Shown: positions 26,801 through 39,699 of the stretch, one piece after another
Layout of the letters: each line of letters opens with the position of its first letter
How positions within the stretch are numbered: position 1 is the first letter of the stretch
NCBI GenBank assembly: GCA_051453625.1
Contig: JBOZIK010000001.1
Span: forward strand, 12,177,383-12,241,382
Length of the DNA: 64,000 bases
Source of the DNA: Welwitschia mirabilis
Taxonomy: Eukaryota
Reading direction: 5' to 3'
The notes under the pieces: generated by a model
What the model was told of the DNA's origin: nothing
What the model saw: the letters and a program-made list of their open reading frames with translations, nothing else
The model's database searches: none
Position numbers and translations under genes: made by a program

Positions 26801-29800
26801 ATGTAAAATTAAATTAATTTCTTTCATTAATTACAAAATTAGTTGTTAAAAATCATTTGATCTAGAAGTTCCAAATCCTGCATAGGCTAAAATAAACCAC
26901 TTATTTTGTCCTTTAGAAACTCTAACATACTAAATTTTTTTCAAAAATTCAAGGAAAAATTGGAACCCTACAAGTAAATTATTGGAATAAAATTTAATAA
27001 CTCCTATAATTATTAGGATCATAAATGAAATGAAGATTAGAAATTTCAAAATTAGGAGTAAGGGTAGTATTAAAAACACTTTGATTACTATCTTGCCCAA
27101 ATGGTTGTAAGTATGGCTTTCATTTAGATTAAAATATAATAGAATAATCCCTCTTCCTTTAAAATCAATAGTAAAAATATAAAATCCAATATGAATAAAA
27201 TGTTGGTAAGTAAAATCCATATCAAAAGATGGAATCTTAATTAAGATAAAAATAAAGTGAAAAAATAAATTAGAATGAAGATAAAATCTAGAACATTTTC
27301 TATAAGTTCTTGTACATTTCATGAAATAATAATCATGAAGATGTAGAATGGGGAATGGCCACTTTAATATTATATAAATCATAATTTAATTGTAAATCAA
27401 CAAGCATCCCCAAAGATGATGTAGAAAAGGTATTAGAAGTAAAAAAAGAATCTAGATATTAGTTTCCCAAAGTAGGAGAAAGGTATTCTCTTCTTATTTT
27501 TGTTTTAGTTTCTTAGGATGACTTCCACTAATATCTTATTTTTGTAGATTTATCAAAGTAAAATCCTACTCATCTAAAATAGGATTTTTAAATAAACCTA
27601 GGATGTTCTTATAAAGCATCTTTAGAGTCTGATATTTCTATTCTAAATTATTTTGAAAATTCTAAGTTGCATAATGTTTTTTGGAATTATTATTTACATA
27701 TGAGAAAGAACCAACTTAAAATCCTGAGCTATGTAATGCACAAATTTTTTTCCCCAGTTTTCCATTTACTATTTCTTGTTTACAAAACGGTAATGTTGAA
27801 AACATGACCTTCATAGTGAAAATACTTATATGAATTTCAAAATAAGGGGCTAATATAATATTGTACCACTTTATTTTAATTTTATGGTTTTTTTTTTGAA
27901 AAACATATTTGCCTCAATAATATATTATTGAAAAACACCTCTAGTTAAAATTATTCTTTAGAATGAAGACTAGTATTAAGAAGGCCAATAATGTTCCAAT
28001 CTGATGATGAAAAAATAAAAGGTTTAGAAGTTAAGCCATATGAGAAACTATAAAATGATTAGGATCATTCATATTTAATATATGCTTTTATTTTTTGCTA
28101 ATAATAATAGCATATCTATACATAAAAGAATAAATAATAATATCCTTTACACCATGAAACTATGTACTAGTCAAAGATAAAATGCTCTATGTAGAATTTT
28201 AAACATGTTTTACAAAATATTTTGTTTTAATAGAATAAAGTTAATTTAGTGGGAAAGAGAAGAAAATCATAAGATATAACCTAGAATTTGAGGAAATATA
28301 TAATGTAAGAAAAAATATTGTAATCATTTGTCAAATAATTGATTAATTAAAATAAAATCATAAGAATTACTTGGAGCACCATTTTTCTAATTGATTTGAT
28401 ATGCCTCATAGCCATTAATAATAAATTAACATTGATTCTTTATAGACTAAGAAATAGAGCTTACTTGAAATTTATTTATCATACCATCTTGTAAATTTGT
28501 TTCATTTGAAATCAAAATACATAAGTTAGGTGTATTATTTGGATCCATGTTACTATAAGAAAAATGATAAAAAAAGCAATTAAATTTGCAAGAAGTAAAG
28601 AAGATGCTATGTCAAATTCACCTATTTAACCTCATAACCCAAATTAAAAGAATTCATAAGCATTAACTTAAAACAAAAATTTATCATAATTTTAAAAATT
28701 TATTCCATAGAAATAAATTATAAAATCTACATTTGAGAGTTTGTGACATTTATTTTTAAAGATGAATACTAATCTATTCGATATTAAATGAAATTCTTAA
28801 ACATGTATTGTTATCAAATGTGCTTATTACTAAACATTATGATTCATACTTGTATAATGAATGATATTCTTTATAAAATAATATTATTTATTAAAAATTA
28901 TATTTAACCTATGTTGTATGGTAATTCTTTAGTTTTTAGATTTTAGTTATGATAACCGATCTTATACTATTATATAATGAATTAATTATTAAAAGTTAAA
29001 TTTATTATATTTCTTAAAGACATAGTTATTTATGTAGTTTATAAGATTTATAATTTTCCATTTTTACTCATTAAATTCATTCATTACATTCTTGAATACT
29101 CTTCTTAAAACCCCAGATGAGAAATTATTTTGAATAAAATTTATCTCTTCTTTAAGATATGCATTATTGTATTTTTTTCACTGTATTTTCCTTTAAAAAA
29201 TCTAACTCTTGAAAAATCATATCATATTTGCCAAGTTCACTAGCTTAATTATATAAATTGAATGCCATAAATGACCCTTTTTGACTTAGAACCTAGCTAT
29301 TAAACGTCTTACTTTTACTTATGATTTATGGCCAAGATGTTAAAGCCCATAACTAAGTTCATCTTAATGACATTGGAAAATCCAAAATCCAAACCATATA
29401 TTATAGGATTAAACTCTTATGAAACCTATTAAATATATTTTCATACATTATTGTTTTAAATTCTTAACAAAAAAGATACATTAACATTATTAGAAAATGC
29501 ATAATGAAACTTTTCATGTCTATTATAATATCAGTATTAATACACTATGTATAAAGGTAAGTTTATATTGATTTTTCCACGTTATAATATTAAGGAATAA
29601 TTTTCTCATTAAAATGTTATTTTTGTAAATGTTTTATTATTTATTATACTAGTTTATAAAATCTTAAAATAATAGTTAGTTACAAATTTCTTCTTGCGAT
29701 ATGACTATAAAATGGCTTTGGAAATATATGCACAGACTATAGATATCTATTTCAAACTAAAGAAATGAAAAAATAATTTTCATCGATTTTTAGAAAAATG

Positions 29801-30770
29801 CCAATAATTGGTATAAGACATTAAATTTATTAGTTAGATGTTATACTCAAATAACTTTCCTTGTCAAGCCTTTAAATAAGTACTTAATGTGTTGATGAAT
29901 CAAACAAGTAAGAATAAGATATTATAACATTTATAAATTAATTAGCTTTATGATGAATAATTAGCTATATGATAATACAAGATTAGTTATTAGAAGTAGT
30001 TTCTACTAACTACAAATTATAAAATAATTTGGATCAAATATAGATCTTCAAGGTATTATAAAATTACATATGTTTCGTTAAGAAGCCTAGTTCTATTTGA
30101 AAACAATTACATTCACCATAAGGGAATGTTTGAATACTTTAGCTATTTCACATAAGACCATTATACTCTCATGAAATATATGTCATAAACTTCAAGAAGT
30201 AAATTTTCTCATTAGCTTCCATAAGAGTAATTGATAGGCTTATGATAGAGATTTTATTTTAACCTTAATTCTACAAATTCCTATAGAATAGCATAGAATA
30301 TGAATAGAAAATATTTAAAAACCCTAGTAGGATATTTTTCACCTTAAAGATTTAAATTAATCACATTATTTAATGCTTTTTTCACATAGATTTCATATAA
30401 TTATGTCATTGATTTTATTAAAGATAAAAAATATTACGAATTAAATCTAACATTCAATAAGAGAAAAATAAAAGATCAAATCTAAAGCCTTTAAGAAAAA
30501 AAAAACTCATATTTATATAAAGAAGCATGATTATGTACCTCCATTTCAGTATGGTTTGCTTTCTATAATGTAAATTAATAAATATATTTTTAAATAAGTA
30601 CATCAGATATTAATGTCAACATGGTACTATATGAAGTTCTTTATTTAAAGAAGTTGCTAAAAGGGTTACATTTCTAGTTCCAAAGTAAGATGTCAATATT
30701 TTTGTATCATATATCAAATGTGTAAAGACCTGCTAATTGAACTAATAAAATATAATTAATGTGAGCATAT
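23821..30770 (+). other. Unassigned, highly decayed protein-coding-like block
   Basis: Repeated plus-strand protein-like stretches broken by stops (e.g. DNKKYPLDDGTKSHKDFNYELLKVILKK near 24190; HEDVEWGMATLILYKS*FNCKSTSIPKDDVEKVLEVKKESRY near 27335). No family motif recognised. Confidence 0.35.
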
Positions 30771-30789
30771 AAACAAAGATCAAAGAGGA

Positions 30790-32236
30790 AAGAGTAATTA
30801 GATGAATGTGAGAGGTAAAAGACATAGGGATTAGGATTTAAGGAGGAGGAGGAATTATGCAATGAGTGCAGCATGCATTCTTACATTAAGAAGTTAGAGT
30901 GGTGATGGGGTTTTTTCAAATAGTAGTTGTGATTGTATTCCATAAAGGGCAATGGAATGAAGACATCTAATTTTACCTAGGAGGTAATAGTGGTAAATGG
31001 AATTCTCTTAATATTTATTTCACAAGAGTCTGCAGCTTTATGGCCTTTCAAGTTATGAAGTTCTATCAGGAGGATGGCTAGTTCAAGATTATGGTAGCAC
31101 TGAAGCACTACATTGAAGTGGAGAAAAATTTGAAATATAGCCCATTTCATCAATTCCTTAACTAAATATAAATACCCTTAGAAAGTGGATGTCACTTAAG
31201 TAAACATCGAATCAAGAGATTTTAGTGATCATCCTAGTGGAAGGCTTCATGCTCTTTAAGTTCATTTTAGAGAAAAACATTAATAGCATGACAAGTAAAG
31301 GCCTATAGATTTTTGGTGTTTGGAGCCTAGGCCTTACACATTGGAATTCTAATGAAGATGTCATGCAGATTTTTTAGAAATTTTACATTTCAAAACACTT
31401 AAAACATGTTAGCATTTCCCTTTAGAATCATGCTTTTATCAAGGATCTAGTAGTGTAGTTTAGAGAGATAATCAAGCTTCATCTCATTCCTCTCAATGTA
31501 ACATGCATGATCCTCATTAGATTTTATGCATAAATTGAAATAGAGCTTATAAGAAAGCTAAGGAAGTTTTTGATCATGCATAGGCATGTATTTAACTTTG
31601 TTAAAGTAGTATTTAAGAACCTTTTCACCCCCTATAACTTTTATTCAGGATTCAAACATTAAGTAAAGATTTACACTAAACTTAAAGATCACATTTGTGA
31701 TAGATGCTATAGAAAACAAAACTAATAGAAATCCCATATGTCAAAATGTTATGATAGTTATGGAAAATTTGGGCATAGAGGTGAAAACAACAAATATAAT
31801 AAAACTAAGAAAGGGGATTTTTGAATAGTCTACCAAAAAAAAAAAAAATTAAAACCATAGTTAAGTTATATAACAAAATGGATGAAAAAGGTTTAGAGAA
31901 GGAAAGGATAGAAGAACCTAAACAAATCCCCTCAATTAAGTAGGAAAAGTTTTAAGAAAAGGTATAGAAAGTGGGAAAATGACTAGTAAAATAAACTAAT
32001 AGTCTTTAAATCCTAAACAGAAATGACTTAGATGATCTTGAATTAGATTTAGAAGAGGAATCACCTACATAAAAGAATATCATAATGTTATGATTTTATT
32101 TTTCCAATTAATGTCAAACTAATATGATCTTTGTAGAATGAAAAGTGATTTTACAAATACAAGAAACTACCAGATCTATATCCAAAAGATAGCAAGATTT
32201 GGACATGTTCTGATTAAAGTAACTTGAGTTTCTGTC
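30790..32236 (+). pseudogene. Plant L1-type LINE ORF1 remnant (DUF4283-like plus zinc knuckle), ending at an N gap
   Basis: VEGFMLFKF..EKNINSMTSKGL*IFGVWSLGLTHW (GFFLFKF...GPW.F...L.L..W), FYA*IEIEL (FARV.VE.DL), CYDSYGKFGH (C..CG..GH). Confidence 0.75.
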
Positions 32237-32336
32237 NNNNNNNNNNNNNNNNNNNNNNNNNNNNNNNNNNNNNNNNNNNNNNNNNNNNNNNNNNNNNNNN
32301 NNNNNNNNNNNNNNNNNNNNNNNNNNNNNNNNNNNN

Positions 32337-32720
32337 CCAATTTTCGAAGGTACTAATGTTCTAAAAGGCTTTGATGTCATTCAATGTTATGCATCTAGTT
32401 TCAGAATGCATTATAATTATCACATATAATGATATATGATGATGGAAAGGGGACTATGAATCATCTATAGAGCTTTCACATTGAAGTAGTCATCTGTGAT
32501 CCACAATTTCACCCTCAATCTTAATCTTTCAATGGCAAGTATTATGAAGAGCCTCAAACTAAATCATAATGCATAGTTTTGAGCTCATTCGATGTCCAAG
32601 GTACTTATCACCTGAAAAGTGGAAAAAAGTATCTCTAAATGCAGTATTAAAGTTTAAAATGTAATGAAAAATATTAACTATTATTACATTGTTTTGTTCA
32701 AAATTTAGACTTCATCATCA
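32337..32720 (-). repeat. Partial LTR of family C (second copy), cut by an N gap
   Basis: Collinear with 23437-23820; on the minus strand it begins TGATGATGAAG after ACTAAGTGGTA (weak PPT-like). Confidence 0.7.
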
Positions 32721-34208
32721 TACCACTTAGTAAACTAAATAGTAATCAGACATTCATCCCAAGGGTGTTTAAAGTTAATTCTTCACCTTTACTATGAAAT
32801 GCACTTGATATTATATAGTCTTCAAATCTTCTAACTCTACACTAATGAACCTTTTGGTCATTGGATAAATGATGAAGGTAATTTATAAATATCTATCAAA
32901 TTGGTGGAGATCTTAATCTCCATGTCAACTACTAACTTACTGAGATTACTGCTAAGCTTCTTGATGTCATGCTTTCCTATGACCATGGAATGGATATCTT
33001 TATTTGTAACATTCTCCTTCCTTCACCTAATTTTTATTTTAAATAAAAGGAATTCCATTATTTTCATCTCTACTTTCATGTTTTTTCGGCATCCTTGTGG
33101 ACTTTTTCAAGATCACGATTAACTTCCATAATTAATAAGTTATCTTCTTCTGAGTTGGGTTTTCCTGTAATCATATTTAGAATTTTTTTTTTTTAAAATA
33201 GTAACTTCATTCCATATAATACACTATCAATCCACTCTAATGAAGTAATAAACTATTGGAATCTATTCATTGTGTTATTCCATGACTCTTTGGACTTTTT
33301 CTTGAAATTTAAAATTTCCTATCATCTCATGAGAAATCCTATTTTAGACTTACACTACTAGAAGAAGAGTCTCATCATATACACTAATGTAAAGATAAAT
33401 CTTGGGGTCAAGGTGGTGAATCCTAATAATACCACATATTGCTAGGAATCATTAAAGTACCCTAGGCCTGTCAATCATTTGCTACTCTTATGAACCAATG
33501 AGTAAGGTCATATATGTAAGTATAAATCCTATTCCTTTCTATTCTTAAAGATGAGAAGTTCAAAATTCCTCACCTCTTTTATCCAATTTTACTCTTCAAA
33601 AGTAGCTAAAGTAGAAATCAAAGAGAAAGTGGAGGGCTCTAGCATTAACTTTATAATAAGAGATTTATTTTAATTATTTTTAATGGTATTTCAAGACTTT
33701 TCACAGTCCTCTATCTTTTTTTCTTTGAGATATGGAATTTTTTTTTCTCTTTCTCTTTTTCCCTCTTCTGATGTATGTAAGTTCCTGAAACTAGTAGGTT
33801 ATGAATATTATGTGAATAGATTTTGGTACACATGCGATAGTACCTATTAAAACCTGAAAAAACACCTAAGATCCAGAGTTATATTCTTAAATACTTTTTC
33901 TAATGTTATAAGATCCTTCCCTTGGTATTTAATTGTCGATGAAAGAATATTACTAAATAACTATAGCAAGAGATACATCATGTTGTCTATAACATAATAT
34001 TTTTAATGAATGGCATATATCATAAGATTTTAATGAAGGGTATATAACATAAGATTTTTAATAAATGGTATAAAGGGGAAATACAAAACTTTGCTTCATA
34101 ATTTTTCTAATACTTATTATAATCAAGAAAGTAAAAGAAGATACTCAGTATTTCCTTTTACCTTGTTTTAAATCTCAATGACAAACATGACTTTAGATAA
34201 CTATACAT

Positions 34209-34976
34209 TGATGAAAGCTTATATAATGAACTGAATACAAAAAAATACTAAGAAATTATGTTTAAAAATGCAAAAAAAATGACGTTGTTAACTTGAAATT
34301 AGCTTAAATCATTAAACTAAAATTATAGGTTTAGTAAAGAACTAGCTGAGATCACTTAATACTTCAACCACTTAGTTCAAAATGCATCATCAAGATAAAC
34401 TCATGATGAAGTTACTTGAACTAGTCAAGTTAATAATTCATAAGTTTACTATATACTTATATTACATTATGGGGAATGAAGAAAATGGAAAACATAATAT
34501 AAGTTTCACTAAACGCTAAACAATACTTATTTCTAAGTATTGTTAATTATCCTAATTCGTGTTCAACTGTATCTAAGAAATCAAATATGTTCAAAATACT
34601 TCTCAAAAATATTAGCTTTTCAACTTTATATTAAAGTACTAGAACGTTATATAGAAATGTATTGATAAGTTGTGTTTTCCTTTGCAGATAACACTAGAAC
34701 ATTGGAGATACTGCTACACTCTTTTTAGGATGTTTGAAGCTTTCCTTTGACCTCTTGGTTAGTACTATTTCTATATACTTTTTGCCAAAAGACCCTCCCT
34801 CATTGTGGTGACCCTATTAATATACTTTTTAGTCCCTTTTTGTTTTATCATGTTCTTTCTTTACTCTTGAAGAATAGGTTTATGGTTGAACTTCTTGTTG
34901 TATTTTCACCACCTTGTTCTTCTCTATCATCCTCGTGCCAAATGGCATTTTGTACCTATAATACAATGATACAATG

Positions 34977-35008
<32 letters not shown>

Positions 35009-35021
35009 CGTGTGTGTGTGT

Positions 35022-35066
<45 letters not shown>

Positions 35067-35223
35067 CTAACCTACTAACATACTAACTAAGTAACTTATT
35101 AACGAAATAGTACATTAACCTAAGTACTAAGGAGAAATATCGAATACCATATAAAATATATAATTATAAAAAGAAAAATATTTTATTAATAAGAAAGTTT
35201 TATATCATTATTTTTACTCATCA
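34209..35223 (-). repeat. 3' LTR of B1 (1015 bp)
   Basis: TGATGA...TCATCA inverted termini; collinear with 55108-56021 and 52654-53188. Confidence 0.93.
34980..35067. repeat. Compound (TA)n(TG)n(CG)n microsatellite inside the LTR
   Basis: Directly visible; 88 nt of unbroken purine/pyrimidine alternation. Confidence 0.97.
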
Positions 35224-35237
35224 GTTCCCCCAAGCTC
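35224..35237 (-). promoter_or_regulatory. Polypurine tract of B1
   Basis: Minus strand GAGCTTGGGGGAAC directly before TGATGAG. Confidence 0.85.
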
Positions 35238-35399
35238 AAGATTTTATTAGTCCCTTAACAAATATATACAATAGGAAAGAAAGGGAGGTCTATTATTTTT
35301 TTCCTTTTCAAAATAAAAGTATATTATTCACTAGATTCTTATTCTTCTAATTTCTTATCCAATTGGGGTAATTGCTTTTCCTATTCTAAGGCAGCCATA

Positions 35400-38300
35400 A
35401 TTTTCCTTTGGCCTTCCTATAAAATAGGATCATTCAAATCTATAGTCTCCATATCCATTGGTTCTTTAGTTATTTCCTTTTTCATCTGCCTCTCCCTCTT
35501 AAAGAAGCCTTTAATTTCTTTGGCTCTTCTCTCTTTCTTTTAAAAGCTAAAGGAATTTTTAGTCTAGGACTTTGAGGTACATGTTCTATTTTTTGAAGCT
35601 ATCTCGACTTGTAATCCTACTCCTAAGGGTTGTTCTATCGAAACTATATATATTTCTTATGTATCCTTGTCTTTCAATTTTAAAAAAATATCTACAAAAG
35701 TGCCTTTGAGCATGATCATATTTTCACAATTCTATCTCTAAATGAACATAGCTACTGAAAATGTTGGAAGCACACTGTAAAAATTTTTATATCTATTTCA
35801 CATTATTCTATNNNNNNNNNNNNNNNNNNNNNNNNNNNNNNNNNNNNNNNNNNNNNNNNNNNNNNNNNNNNNNNNNNNNNNNNNNNNNNNNNNNNNNNNN
35901 NNNNNNNNNNNNNNNNNNNNNNNNNNNNNNNNNNNNNNNNNNNNNNNNNNNNNNNNNNNNNNNNNNNNNNNNNNNNNNNNNNNNNNNNNNNNNNNNNNNN
36001 NNNNNNNNNNNNNNNNNNNNNNNNNNNNNNNNNNNNNNNNNNNNNNNNNNNNNNNNNNNNNNNNNNNNNNNNNNNNNNNNNNNNNNNNNNNNNNNNNNNN
36101 NNNNNNNNNNNNNNNNNNNNNNNNNNNNNNNNNNNNNNNNNNNNNNNNNNNNNNNNNNNNNNNNNNNNNNNNNNNNNNNNNNNNNNNNNNNNNNNNNNNN
36201 NNNNNNNNNNNNNNNNNNNNNNNNNNNNNNNNNNNNNNNNNNNNNNNAGCTACTGAAAATGTTGGAAGCACACTATAAAAATTTTTATATCTATTTCACA
36301 TTATTCTATTATTTTACAAAATTTGGTTATTGTATCATTTAGAAGATTTTTAAATTCTCTCATATAGACTTCACTTATTTTCTATGCAATTTTGTTTCTT
36401 AAAGGTTTAACCTCTTTTTTATAAGTATCAAAAATTTTGCTTATATTTGACCATCCCCCAGAAGTCTTTTAAATGATGCTTTCTAATTTCTTTTCAAACC
36501 TATCAATAAAATCATGTATCTTCTAGGGATAGTAATTCAAGCTTCAAGGAATGGCTAATTCCTAATGGCCAAAACCAATTCTCTTACCCAACTTAACCTC
36601 TATTAGGTGGAGTTCATGTAGTAATCTTCCCCTCCCCTCCCCTCGCCCCTTGTTCCCCTCTTTTCCCCTTTAAATTTTGAATAATAAGCTGGGTAGAATT
36701 TGGACATATTACCTTAATATCCTTCTTCAACTCTGCATGCGATTCTTTTAAAGCATCTATAATACTTAGCTTTATTCTATTTTCAATTTCATTAATTAAA
36801 GTTGAAGAGATTAAAGAAATATTTTTTATATAACTTACTACTCTTTTGATCTCCTCTTTTATTTCTAAAATCATATGTTCAACAGCTAGGTCTTGATAAG
36901 GTTGATAACTAGAATGGCTTACTTCTTCTATCCTATTATTTAGAGCCTTATTTTCTTCTATCATTCGATCTATGGCTCTCTTGTTTGCTCCTAAAATAGA
37001 GTAGTAATAATCAATTAAATTTTAGGCGTCAATCCATTTATGTCTATATTCCTTGGCCTCTGGCTAAATCTTCATATTTATTTCATTCATATAGTTCAAG
37101 TTTGCATAAAATTTCTCTAAGTATTCCCTGCTTAATGGTAAATACCCTTCATTATGTATAAATATAATGAACCTTTGTTGATGATCTATATATTCAGCAT
37201 CATATTTCTTGATTGAAATGAGATTCTACAGTAAAGAGACTAACATTTCTGGTTTTTCTCTTGGAAAAATATCTAATTTATTATTGTCTTTAGTAACTAT
37301 TTCAAATTTAGCAATTCCCTCATAATTTCTTTGTAATTTTATACCCATGTCCTCATATGCTTCTGAAAGCTGAATATTTTCCTCTTTTTGGATTATTTCC
37401 TATTGTAATATCTCATCATTTACTATTTTCTTGATCTAATTTTTATCTTAAAAATTCATTCTCAATTTTTAAGCAAGAAACTTGATTCTGTAATTTTGAT
37501 AGCTTTTTTTTTTTTCGCTAATATAAGTTTGAATTTCATCTTTGACTAAATTTAAAGCACTATAAAACTTGTCGATCTTATCTTATTCTAGTGCTTTAAA
37601 TAATTGACCAAGAGATAGTGGATGGGGAGGAAGAAGTTATTTAATAATAAACTCTGTTGGGTCCTAGCACATACTTGTAGGAGATAATAATGAAGGAATA
37701 CTCTAAGGAGTAGAAGAGTGGTTATTTAGGTCTGATTGAGAAGTTCCTTGTGTAAAACTTCTTTGTCATATGGCTTTCAAAAGACTTAATTCTTTGACTT
37801 CAAGTAGACTCTAAATTATTAAGTCACATAAAACTTATTTGATTGAAATAAAACTTTGTTTTCACTAAGTATTCAGGCTATCAAAGATGGAAATCCTAGA
37901 CCTACTATACCAGAAGTTCATATTCCAACTTTCTTCATTTTTGAAATATGTCTAATCAAACCCAAAGAGATCCCCTCTATAATATTAACATTTATCTGAT
38001 CTAGTTTATCATTTACAGCTACTGTCATATACAGCTCAGGGAACACAATACCTTTCTATTTATGAAAAATTGATACCAAATTACTGGCCACAGTTCTTGA
38101 AATAATGAAAAATTCTAGTTCTAAATCTTTATTCACTGGTATTCTTTCTTACACTGCCACCCTTTCTAATCGACTCATACTTAAATTTGTTTCTTCTTTC
38201 CTACTTATATCATTAATGGATTTACCTCTAGGTAACGAGGTCAACATTTTTCTGATTTCTTCTTAGGTAATTGATATTCTTTAATTCTTAATAACTATTT

Positions 38301-38640
38301 CTAGTAAATTCTTCTTATCATCAAACCTCAAATTCTTGTAAAACTCATAAATAGATTCNNNNNNNNNNNNNNNNNNNNNNNNNNNNNNNNNNNNNNNNNN
38401 NNNNNNNNNNNNNNNNNNNNNNNNNNNNNNNNNNNNNNNNNNNNNNNNNNNNNNNNNNGTACAACTCATAAATAGATTCTAAAAGAAATTTTTTATTCAT
38501 TATTATCAACTCCTACCAACCTAATTCAATGATATGTTGTTTAAAATCTAATAAACAAGGATCTCAAAGCAATTTGTAAAATTCAAGGAAGAGATGATTT
38601 TGCATTCTGTCAAATTTTCATAATTATTTTAGTTAAACAA
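35400..38640 (-). pseudogene. Long 3' extra (env-like) ORF remnant of B1
   Basis: FKQHIIELGW*ELII...ESIYEFYKNLRFD (LGW...EFYANL-type motif); a second REYLEKFYANL near 37100; coiled-coil-like ORF 36614-36964; sense strand, between integrase and PPT. Confidence 0.65.
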
Positions 38641-39699
38641 GCTCATTTAAAAATCTTATTTTAAAAAAAAATTAAAGAAAATTTACTTAACTAATAATNN
38701 NNNNNNNNNNNNNNNNNNNNNNNNNNNNNNNNNNNNNNNNNNNNNNNNNNNNNNNNNNNNNNNNNNNNNNNNNNNNNNNNNNNNNNNNNNNNNNNNNNAA
38801 ATCTTATTTTAAAAAAAAATTAAAGAAAATTTACTTAACTAATAATGTTTGAAAAATAATTCATTAAGTCAGTCTTTTTTTTAAAAAAATAATATAAAAC
38901 ATGCTTTTACAAAATTTTGTTATTCATTCTACCCTCCAGGTTAAATCTTGCATACACTTAAATGCTAAAAATAATAACATTAGACGAACCTAAAATTTTT
39001 GTATGAAGTTGTTCTGCCATAATTATAAGAGATTTAAATAAGGCAAATCATGAGAAATTAAAATGCAGAAGTGAAAGTGAAATTACCTACTTATTCCCCA
39101 CTTAAAATAGGTAAAAGTTTGTACCCGCTTGTTGCATTTAATTTACACATTTAAAGAGATTAAAAATTTTCACTAGAAAATAGTTAAAAATGGAATTATT
39201 TCATGGGGGTTTTTATGTAAAAAATTGAATGATGTTGTGGCAAGTAAAAGACTAAGAAAATTAGTTGATGTGTCACAGAGGCTGACATGGGTAAGGTAAC
39301 ATGGAACGAATTCATTTACTGATTTTTGATGGTGGTTGCCGAGATGATAAGGGATCATTAAGAATGGTTTTAGGTGATGGGTTAAAGTAATAAGGTATCA
39401 TATTTAAGTGGTTATCACTCTCCACAGCTAAAGGGTTCAACGAGGGTCATTTATAACTCTCAATCTCTCAACAGGGATCATCGAATGCATTATGGAGTAA
39501 GCAAAGGATTTGAAGGAGATCATCAAGAACTCAAGAATCCTCAATGGGGTCCTTCAAATCTTGCCACTTAAATATAATTAAATGAGATGAAATAAAGAAT
39601 TGTAGTCGTCGAGAGAAGATATAGTAAAAAGTTGATAGGGGCCCTCAAGAAAAGGACTTTACTCTTTAATAATGGGTTCCTTTTATAAAGAATAAGTTG

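Noticed and set aside
26930..27382. 150-aa hydrophobic minus-strand ORF
   Set aside because: F/I/L-rich composition is expected from the reverse complement of A-rich DNA; no recognisable domain.
34747..35070. 107-aa ORF ending YIYIY...VCVCVC
   Set aside because: Translation of an LTR plus microsatellite.
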